DNA of 64,000 nucleotides from an uncultured Candidatus Saccharibacteria bacterium. GTDB lineage: Bacteria; Patescibacteriota; Minisyncoccia; Phycocordibacterales; UBA9988. Below, piece after piece: positions 57,601-64,000 of this stretch (positions within the stretch are counted from its first letter, which is position 1; each line of letters opens with the position of its first letter). Below the pieces are notes generated by a model. That model was not told the origin of the DNA. It made no database searches and saw nothing but the letters and a program-made list of their open reading frames with translations. The stretch covers positions 2,627 through 66,626 of the forward strand of contig CAYNXC010000001.1 of NCBI GenBank assembly GCA_964401135.1, in the 5' to 3' direction. A program made the position numbers and the translations under genes.

Positions 57601-58380
57601 AGTGCGTCTAACACAAAGAGCAGCTCCAGAGACATAATCAACCTGACGCACATTCTGATACTCTGAAGCAAGTGGTAGGTCTCCTCTCCCGTGCTGTGCC
57701 GTCCAGCCGTCTGGCAAGATACGGGCACCGGCTTCTTGGATATGTCCATTAGGAGACAAGAGAAGCGGCCCAGCAATGACCGCATCTGGATCAGATTCAA
57801 GTACTTGTACCAATGGGCGGAGCCAGTCTGCTTGAGGCACAGTATCATTATTGAGAAAGACCAGAAAAGTCCCACGCGCATGTTGTGCTCCCTCTCGAGC
57901 ACTTAAAAGATAACCGAGGCTTTGTTCGTGTCGGATGTGTATCGCATGCCTGACTGCCTGTACTCGTAGGGCAGGATCATCATCAGAGCCGTCATCAACA
58001 ATGATTAACTCATACGAGACTGCATATGTATGTTGGTGAATGGCGCGTAGACATGTCTCGGTATACTCCCAGTGGTTCCGACAACAGATAATAATGCTCA
58101 CTAGCGGACAATCTTCCTGAGAAAAGATAATAGGTATATCACTTTTTGGGTATGAGACTCTTGGTAGTAATAGCGTGGAATGATCCCGTACTGTACGGGC
58201 ACTGACAGAAGTCAAGAAGTCGTACGCATCTTGAAACGCAACAAACATTCCATAGGAGAAAAGGAGTCGCAAGCCACGGACTAAGCGCCGAGGTTGCCAA
58301 ATAATAACCGAAGGATAGTAGTGGAGAACAAAAAGCGTTTTAGCCAACAGATCAACAAAGCGTAGGTAGTGATACATCAT
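54613..58380 (-). CDS. Multidomain glycosyltransferase (GT2-GT4-GT2-GT2)
   Basis: FLNNDT/YYEDTD; RFGAGVKGKI; FMDHDD/QDFDF; FLNDD/YNDVDFCLR. Confidence 0.88.
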   Translation of the reverse strand: MMYHYLRFVDLLAKTLFVLHYYPSVIIWQPRRLVRGLRLLFSYGMFVAFQDAYDFLTSVSARTVRDHSTLLLPRVSYPKSDIPIIFSQEDCPLVSIIICCRNHWEYTETCLRAIHQHTYAVSYELIIVDDGSDDDPALRVQAVRHAIHIRHEQSLGYLLSAREGAQHARGTFLVFLNNDTVPQADWLRPLVQVLESDPDAVIAGPLLLSPNGHIQEAGARILPDGWTAQHGRGDLPLASEYQNVRQVDYVSGAALCVRRTFWEEVGGYDIRFTPAYYEDTDLALQALTLDKRVLYQPRSRVVHSEHASYGDSGDYAVRFHVRQRRPLFLAKWRQILPSLKTEKHIHRFGNEARRSAPVVVVLDRFIPRPSEDAGSRCTFHYLTLLASIGCTVVFIPQTDTGLDSISPAIQEIGIELVHRGNARAWAALYGKGVDVVLCFRTSVMADLGEELRLHIPAPFFLVITDIASLREERKIAFLATDPTVSSLSFRIEEDAVCPRVSGIFTHSTLEKSIIEERYPHVPVALLPIFIGNVTASTTMKRAPVVLFVGGFLHEPNRDALTWIVDELFPDLHSMLPEAHLVVAGSFIPLEYVERAPGIHFVHFPDERALDNLYHSATAVIAPLRFGAGVKGKISDALIHGVPVVTTTVGAEGFCGTAPFLIADTRDEFVSSIVRLCTDLRLLETMRHQSCEYAETYFSPRSAISALRELIPCIPDPTHHSLRVIVNQREDRSLIHGPLISVIMPAWRSTALFLQEALQSLRNQEYQQWELCIATSELDDEAREALQRMAYADTRIRIIPLTSNLGISGNTNAALSHARGSYVAFMDHDDLLYPHALAECARTIIRTGADIVYSDESIIYEDGTLKQFAYKPDWSPEAFLSANYFGHLVCMSLSCVHATGCLSIQHDGAQDFDFLLRATRLTKSIEHIPLVLYAWRAHKLSTSYSVSVKPYVSSAIIAAVSDELTRRGKYAEVHLHSAETCRVRIHYHMVTQPQIDVIVPSCNAQMLSECLSRIYDFNQHDHLYVTVINHGAREDITRTCATFPHNMVRELQVDRPFNFSLFCNQGAQGGKGDTILFLNDDAWGMEHNWITVLAEHFESSEHIGVVGARLWYPNGYLQEYGIVMGLGPRHIAYNAYRCMSKADIDAEHLPNIPREFLAVTGACLMTRRDHWKKIHGFDSALPVAYNDVDFCLRLRRVGYSVLATPYVNLIHHESSSRPFGASPESTILMYRRWRRYCEYDPYLTPDAIRLGPFDDL

Positions 58381-59147
58381 ATGCGTTCTTCTAATGCTCT
58401 ATAGGTAGAAATCGCCGCATCAGGGATCCCATCAAATACAAGCGAGCCCCTATCGAGGACGATGATCCGAGAAGTGTGAAGTGAGAGAGCAGCCAAATCG
58501 TGCGAAACACACAGTACTGTATGTCCACGAATGGCTTCTCCCGACAGCCAGTGAAGCGCCCTTTCTCTAAATGCTTCATCAGTCCCGACATCAAATGCCT
58601 CATCTAAGAGGAGTATCCCTGGCTCAGTTTCTAGAATGACTCGCCTCATACATGAGAAGCCTAACCGTGCGAGCATACCAGATGAGAACTGCCCGATTTG
58701 ACTCTCTTCATACGCAGATAAGCCAGAAAAGACAATAGTATCGTGGACACCTTCCTTTAGTCGCTCGCCAACGATACCGAACAGGCGAAGTATCAGTTCC
58801 ACATTTCGGCGCAGCGTGAGGCGTGGAAAGAATGTAAATGCGTGCCCAGAAATGTAGAGTGCACGACCAGCGAGCACACAGGTACCGCCATCTTGAAGAT
58901 AGATGCCAGCGATGGTCCTCAATAGAGTACTCTTTCCTGATCCATTGTGGCCAATGATTCCCACTCGCTCTCCCTCACAAATATGTATTGACGGGATAGA
59001 AAGGACGATGCGAGTAGACACAATTCTGTGGTGGAATAACGACGCGAGATGAGTGATGATACCAGCATGGCCATGAGACGATATGCGAAAATTTTTCCTG
59101 AGCTGTTCTATTCGTACAGCTGTCTCATGGGCACTACACATACTCAT
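58377..59147 (-). CDS. Polysaccharide ABC exporter ATP-binding subunit (Wzt/TagH-like)
   Basis: GHNGSGKST, FSSGMLARL, LLDE, VSHD. Confidence 0.88.
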   Translation of the reverse strand: MSMCSAHETAVRIEQLRKNFRISSHGHAGIITHLASLFHHRIVSTRIVLSIPSIHICEGERVGIIGHNGSGKSTLLRTIAGIYLQDGGTCVLAGRALYISGHAFTFFPRLTLRRNVELILRLFGIVGERLKEGVHDTIVFSGLSAYEESQIGQFSSGMLARLGFSCMRRVILETEPGILLLDEAFDVGTDEAFRERALHWLSGEAIRGHTVLCVSHDLAALSLHTSRIIVLDRGSLVFDGIPDAAISTYRALEERI

Positions 59148-59892
59148 TTATTCGTTGTCCGATAGTACGATGGAGGAGCACTGCGAGAACACTCATTGAA
59201 GCACACCAGGCGAAGATGGCAAGCAATTCTGAGTGGAAAGATGTTGACGGGAAGATACCTATCACATCACGAGTCGTAGAGACAAAGAGTGCCAGTGGGT
59301 TAAGAGAGAGGACAGAAAAAGAGAGGAAGGAGCGGTAAAAAATAGGAGTCCCAAGAAAGATAATCAGCAGTCCGAACCTGATGATGTATTCCAAGTCTCC
59401 AACATATACTCCCAAGAGTGAGACGCAGAAAGCAAGACAGAAAAGGAATACGCTAAAGAGAAGGAGTATTGGTAGGTATCCAAAGAGAGAGATGAGGGAC
59501 ACTCCTTCGTATAGTAAGAGAAGAGAGAGCGCGACAATCTCAATGCAGTGTGCATAGAGAGTACGGAGTACTAGCGCGGCGACAATGACTGGCACAGAAA
59601 GTTGCATACCTAAAAGAAGATGTCGATATGACCTTAGGAGCGATGATGATTCTGCCAGTACTGTTGAGAAAAAATTATACAGGACAAGACCTAGGCCAAG
59701 GTAACTTGCATATAATGGAACAGTAGAGCCTTCCCGTACAGAAAATAGAAAAAAGAGTACTATAAAAAGAAAGATAGGATCAAGAAGGTACCACATTACC
59801 CCAAGTAATGTATGTTCATTCCGGAGGAGGAAGAAAGTCTGGGAAAGTGTAACTGTCTTCCTCACATCCTGCCAATGCGATTCGCGACCCAT
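59134..59892 (-). CDS. Polysaccharide ABC exporter permease (Wzm/TagG-like)
   Basis: LGVMWYLLDP, TPIFY, LNPL; six TM helices. Confidence 0.87.
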   Translation of the reverse strand: MGRESHWQDVRKTVTLSQTFFLLRNEHTLLGVMWYLLDPIFLFIVLFFLFSVREGSTVPLYASYLGLGLVLYNFFSTVLAESSSLLRSYRHLLLGMQLSVPVIVAALVLRTLYAHCIEIVALSLLLLYEGVSLISLFGYLPILLLFSVFLFCLAFCVSLLGVYVGDLEYIIRFGLLIIFLGTPIFYRSFLSFSVLSLNPLALFVSTTRDVIGIFPSTSFHSELLAIFAWCASMSVLAVLLHRTIGQRINEYV

Positions 59893-59906
59893 CCATCCTA
59901 TTGTAC

Positions 59907-60914
59907 CTACTTTCGCGTTCGGGACAACAGAGATTGCGCAGCCCGTATAATCCCTGCTTCATCAAGTCCATACTCCTTTAAAAGTTCTGGTGATGTACCA
60001 GATTGTCCAAAAAGATCTTTCACAGCAACCATCTCCATCGCAGTCGGACGAGTTGTCGAAAGTAATTCAGCAATCGCGCCACCCAGACCTCCAGAGGCTT
60101 GATGCTCTTCAACTGTCACTACCCCACGAGCATTTTTTACTGTATCTAAGATTATTTTTGTGTCTAAAGGCTTTACTGAAGAGACATTTACCACAGTAAC
60201 AGAGACTCCTTCTTTTGTGAGAGCAAGTGCAGCACGGAGTGTGTAGTACACGAGGACTCCCATCGCGAAAAAGACCAGTTCAGAAGTTCCTCCACCAAAG
60301 AGTACAGAAGCTTTCCCAATCTCAAACGGCGTATCATCGCTCGTGATAAGAGGGCTCTTTTCTCGTGCGAGGCGAATGTAGACGGGGCCGTGGTGCTTTG
60401 CAGCCGCAAGCGTTGCTTTGCGTGCTTCTATCGCGTCAGCAGGCACAATCACCGTCATCCGCGGCAACACTCTGGTGAGTGCAATATCCTCCAGCGCCTG
60501 ATGTGTGCCACCGTCAGGACCAACAGAGATGCCAGCGTGAGACCCAATGATCTTCACATTCTGATTGTTATAACAGATTGTCGTCCGTATCTGTTCCCAA
60601 TTTCTCCCAGGAGAGAACATCGCATATGAGGTAATGAAAGGTATCTTTCCCATCGCCGCCATACCTGAGGCAACGGATGCCATATTTTGTTCTCCGATCC
60701 CCATCTCAATAAAACGGGAGGGGAACTGCGAGGCAAAGAGATGGGTCATCGTAGACTCCTTCAAATCAGCACAGAGAGCGACCACGCGCTCATCTTCTCT
60801 CCCCATCTGCAAGAGACCCTCTCCATATCCCTTACGGATAGGTTCCTGAAACACTCCGACTTCAAAAAGATGGGGATTTAACTTTTGTTCAGCGTTAAGA
60901 AGATTCTCATTCAT
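59907..60914 (-). CDS. Transketolase, C-terminal subunit
   Basis: EMGIGEQN, GPDGGTHQ, GPVYIRL, VEEHQ; start MNENLL. Confidence 0.93.
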   Translation of the reverse strand: MNENLLNAEQKLNPHLFEVGVFQEPIRKGYGEGLLQMGREDERVVALCADLKESTMTHLFASQFPSRFIEMGIGEQNMASVASGMAAMGKIPFITSYAMFSPGRNWEQIRTTICYNNQNVKIIGSHAGISVGPDGGTHQALEDIALTRVLPRMTVIVPADAIEARKATLAAAKHHGPVYIRLAREKSPLITSDDTPFEIGKASVLFGGGTSELVFFAMGVLVYYTLRAALALTKEGVSVTVVNVSSVKPLDTKIILDTVKNARGVVTVEEHQASGGLGGAIAELLSTTRPTAMEMVAVKDLFGQSGTSPELLKEYGLDEAGIIRAAQSLLSRTRK

Positions 60915-61776
60915 AATCACTGTGTATCCTCCCACTAAGACTGCGCAATTCAGCAAGCGCCTGCATCGCCTCCTCTTTTCCCGGAGTCTTGCCGTGCCAA
61001 GAATACTTACCTTCAAACTCTGGCACCCCTTTCCCGGGAATGGTGTAGGCGATGATGAGTGTCGGCTTTCCAAACACCGCTTTCGCCTGCTCAACCGCCG
61101 CGTCAATATCACTAAAATCGTGCCCACTCACTTCAATTACATGCCAATTGAAAGCCTCCCACTTTTCCTTAAGTGGATCCAGCGGCATAACATCCTCTGT
61201 ATAGCCATCTATCTGGATGTAATTGCGGTCAATAATTGCGATCACATTGTGAAGTACTTCACGGGCGGCAAGCTGTGCCGCCTCCCACACTTGCCCACAT
61301 TCCTGCTCGCCATCTGACATCAGCGCGTAAAAATAGTGACGAGAAGTCTTTCCCGCATCTATGCGGTCGGCAAGTGCCATGCCTATCGCTTGTGAGAGCC
61401 CAGAACCAAGAGGACCAGAACTGGTCTCTAATCCAGGTAGCCACTCGCGGTGAGGGTGGCCTTGTAAACGCGACCTGAACTTGCGCAGTGTCTTCAGCTC
61501 GTCAATGGGGAAATAACCCGCATGCGCCATTGTCGCATAGAGTACCGGCGCGATGTGTCCATTTGAGAGGATAAGACGGTCTCGATCATTCCAAAAGGGA
61601 TTCTTTGGATCATGGCGGAGCGCATGGAAGAAGAGGTAGGTGAAGACATCCGCCATGCCTAAGGGGCCTGCCGTGTGCCCTGACCCTGCCTCAAGGAGCG
61701 ACTCAATGATGGAGACGCGGATTGCGTTCGACTTCCCTTCAAGAAAGCGAATTTTTTCGTCGTGTAGGTATGCCAT
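60907..61776 (-). CDS. Transketolase, N-terminal subunit
   Basis: GSGH, DRLILSNGH, LQGHP, SDGE...N TPP motif. Confidence 0.94.
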   Translation of the reverse strand: MAYLHDEKIRFLEGKSNAIRVSIIESLLEAGSGHTAGPLGMADVFTYLFFHALRHDPKNPFWNDRDRLILSNGHIAPVLYATMAHAGYFPIDELKTLRKFRSRLQGHPHREWLPGLETSSGPLGSGLSQAIGMALADRIDAGKTSRHYFYALMSDGEQECGQVWEAAQLAAREVLHNVIAIIDRNYIQIDGYTEDVMPLDPLKEKWEAFNWHVIEVSGHDFSDIDAAVEQAKAVFGKPTLIIAYTIPGKGVPEFEGKYSWHGKTPGKEEAMQALAELRSLSGRIHSDYE

Positions 61777-62426
61777 TACAAAGCTGATAGCGCGTGCTCA
61801 AAATCCTCGTACGCTTGTTGTGGATTCTCTGCAGAAAAAATTGCTGATCCAACAACGAGGTGAGACACTCCTGCGTCTCGTAAACGCTTCACCATCTCAA
61901 GACGCACGCCTCCATCAACACTTATTGTAACAGAGGGATAGTGCTCTCGCAAAATAGAAATTTTTTCAAACACCCGTTCGTCAAACGGACTCCCGTAAGA
62001 CCCGAGTGAAGCGATGCTCATTAACTGCACTCTCTGTATCTTTTCGATACATGAATCAAGTACAGAGATAGGAGTCTCTAATGAGAGTGCGATTCCTAAC
62101 TCTGCGTGTGAGGATGAAAAAGTGCTCACAAGTGCTTCTATCTGCTGGGTCGCTTCGTAATGGATATAGACACGATCTGCAACATCCATCCATTCGCGAA
62201 GTACTCTTTCTGGTTCCTGTACCATTAGATGCACTTCCTTTTTCAGGGTACTCTTAAAGTCGCGGAGGTCATCTGGGTTATCCCATGTCTCCGGTCCTGC
62301 AAATCCTCCATCAGCAATATCTAGCTGTACCCACGAGGCAAAGCGCTCTGTAAGAGTGATTCTTTCTCGTACACCACTGAAGCTCCGCGCAATAATTGAG
62401 GGGATGATGAGTGCCTTAGAATTCAT
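61776..62426 (-). CDS. rpe: Ribulose-phosphate 3-epimerase
   Basis: IIPSI, LDIADG, VHLMV, VDGG, VVGSAIF. Confidence 0.88.
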   Translation of the reverse strand: MNSKALIIPSIIARSFSGVRERITLTERFASWVQLDIADGGFAGPETWDNPDDLRDFKSTLKKEVHLMVQEPERVLREWMDVADRVYIHYEATQQIEALVSTFSSSHAELGIALSLETPISVLDSCIEKIQRVQLMSIASLGSYGSPFDERVFEKISILREHYPSVTISVDGGVRLEMVKRLRDAGVSHLVVGSAIFSAENPQQAYEDFEHALSAL

Positions 62427-62883
62427 TTTCACTAGAGACGGTACCATCTAATTTCAGTATTCTGCGTTCATGTCGTTCTTCACGGGAGAAGTCGGTGGTA
62501 AGCCAGAGCTGAACCGCTCGCTTTGCGTCATCCGCAGAAATAAAGCGAGCGCCAAGAGAGAGTATGTTTGCGTTGTTGTGAAGTCGCGAGAGACGAATAA
62601 TATCTTCTTGATATGAGTAAAGGACAGCGGCACGGACCCCACGAATACGATTTGCGCACATGGCTTCTCCCTCACCAGAACCACCAATAACAATCCCTCG
62701 GTACTCTTCAGGATTACTCCCAACTTGTTTCGCGACGATAGCGACTATGTCAGGGTAGTCGTCTTCCGGATTCAGTTCAAAAAATCCTTCATCATTCACC
62801 GTGTATCCCGCAGCCTTAAGAAACTCCTTGAGCTCGCGCTTGAGTTCAAATCCGGCATGATCTGCGGCAATAAATATTTGCAT
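62416..62883 (-). CDS. rpiB: Ribose-5-phosphate isomerase B
   Basis: ADHAG, DDYPD, GGSGEGE, HNNANIL, RHERRI. Confidence 0.93.
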   Translation of the reverse strand: MQIFIAADHAGFELKRELKEFLKAAGYTVNDEGFFELNPEDDYPDIVAIVAKQVGSNPEEYRGIVIGGSGEGEAMCANRIRGVRAAVLYSYQEDIIRLSRLHNNANILSLGARFISADDAKRAVQLWLTTDFSREERHERRILKLDGTVSSENEF

Positions 62884-62888
62884 AAAGA

Positions 62889-63935
62889 TTATGGAGATGG
62901 TGTTTGTGCAATCCTCCCCGCCTTAATCACATGATCAATGAGTGCGTTAGTGTAGCCACTCTCATTATCGTACCACGCGAGCACCTTTACCAGGTTCCCA
63001 ATCACTCGAGTAAATGAGAGATCAACGAGGGAAGCATACGGAATGCCTACAATATCGGAAGAGACGAGTTGCTCGTTGGTAACCGCGAGGAGCTTCTTCC
63101 ACCGCTCTTCTCCTGCCGCACGAGTAAGGATTGCGTTTACTTCATCCTTCGTCGTCTCACGAGAGACAAGGCAGGTGATATCCGCAATGGAGCCAACTAT
63201 CACGGGGACACGGAGTGCAATCCCATCAAACTTGCCCTTGAGATCTGGTACTGCTTCGGTAACTGAGATGGCGGCACCCGTTGAGGATGGGACGATGTTC
63301 TGTGCCGCAGCTCTCCCCCGTCGCCAATCTTTTGCATCCGGGGCGTCAACCAACTTTTGCGTCGCAGTGTAGCCGTGCACCGTATTGAGCATCGCCCGCT
63401 CTATACCCATACTCTCGTGGAGTACCTGTATTACTGGGCTTGCCGAATTAGTGGTACAGGATGCATTTGAACTTATCACACAGGTCTTGAGTGCATCTTC
63501 ATTAATACCTAGGAGTACGGTTGCCCCCGTAACTGCACCAGTAGGATCATCTTTGGCGGGAGCAGAGATGACAACGCGCTTTGCACCAGCAGTGATGTGC
63601 GCGTGTGCCTTATCGTAACGCTCAAAGAGTCCCGTACACTCCACTACAACATCAATATCCTGTTCTTTCCAGGGGAGCTTCTCTGGATCTTTCTCTTGTA
63701 CGAACATGAGCTCTTTCTGTTGTACAGAGAGGCGTCCTTCCCGTACTGCGACCTCAAAAGTCGCCTTGCCATAGGCGGTGTCGTAGCGCAATAAGTACGC
63801 AAGGTTATCTAAGTCGCCAAGATCATTGATGGCAACGATCTCTAGGGCAGGGTTGTCGTAGGCAAGGCGCATAAAAGCTCTCCCAATACGCCCAAAACCA
63901 TTTATCGCCACACGGATGCGACGCTCTGCTTCCAT
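62889..63935 (-). CDS. gap: Glyceraldehyde-3-phosphate dehydrogenase
   Basis: INGFGRIGR, SNASCTTN, WYDNE. Confidence 0.97.
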   Translation of the reverse strand: MEAERRIRVAINGFGRIGRAFMRLAYDNPALEIVAINDLGDLDNLAYLLRYDTAYGKATFEVAVREGRLSVQQKELMFVQEKDPEKLPWKEQDIDVVVECTGLFERYDKAHAHITAGAKRVVISAPAKDDPTGAVTGATVLLGINEDALKTCVISSNASCTTNSASPVIQVLHESMGIERAMLNTVHGYTATQKLVDAPDAKDWRRGRAAAQNIVPSSTGAAISVTEAVPDLKGKFDGIALRVPVIVGSIADITCLVSRETTKDEVNAILTRAAGEERWKKLLAVTNEQLVSSDIVGIPYASLVDLSFTRVIGNLVKVLAWYDNESGYTNALIDHVIKAGRIAQTPSP

Positions 63936-63985
63936 TGCTACTAGTATACAACATCAGAGAAAATCAAACCTCTCCTCCTGTGCAT

Positions 63986-64000
63986 TGTTAAACACTCGGT
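63986..64000. repeat. Second copy of the REP-like palindrome (cut by the window end)
   Basis: TGTTAAACACTCGGT is identical to 48934-48948. Confidence 0.7.

Noticed and set aside
60915-61127. N-terminal extension of the transketolase C subunit suggesting a frameshifted single gene
   Set aside because: Split transketolase is a normal form; both halves have proper ends and a short coupling overlap
1-64000. Alternative genetic code (UGA=Gly) as in Gracilibacteria/Absconditabacteria
   Set aside because: Conserved genes are uninterrupted under code 11 and TGA ends genes such as tsf, trmD and the pfkB kinase

Overview
Chromosomal segment of a Patescibacteria (CPR, Parcubacteria/Paceibacteria-like) bacterium using the standard genetic code. 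This placement is inferred from the short SMC, PheT and EF-Ts, the NusB-NUDIX fusion, the split transketolase and the PaaX/Cas2-like protein. Positions 1-3743 are the AT-rich end of an element integrated at tRNA-Asn: an Xis-like HTH gene, a YhdJ-like (ATGCAT-type) methyltransferase, a restriction endonuclease, and a large serine recombinase whose last codons are the antisense of the tRNA 3' end. The rest is mostly housekeeping: eno, ppsA, rpoBC-dnaG-rpoD, trmD-khpA-rpsP, rnr, smc, rnc, nusB, rpmF, rnhB, dnaE, thrS, gyrB, pheST, tsf-rpsB, prfA-rpmE, rplY, fba, pfkB, tkt, rpe, rpiB and gap. An 8.4-kb glycan locus and several single-gene accessory inserts are interspersed. The most notable signals are: (i) a two-state structured 5' UTR upstream of an RRM gene; (ii) a PaaX/Cas2-fold gene bracketed by two copies of a palindromic repeat; (iii) a pair of paralogous anti-sigma-like zinc-finger microproteins with homologous terminators beside rpoD; (iv) pervasive leaderless-type promoters on core genes, versus boxA-like/Shine-Dalgarno leaders on accessory genes; (v) a dispersed REP-like palindrome. 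All calls are by eye and motif recognition. No searches or folding programs were run.
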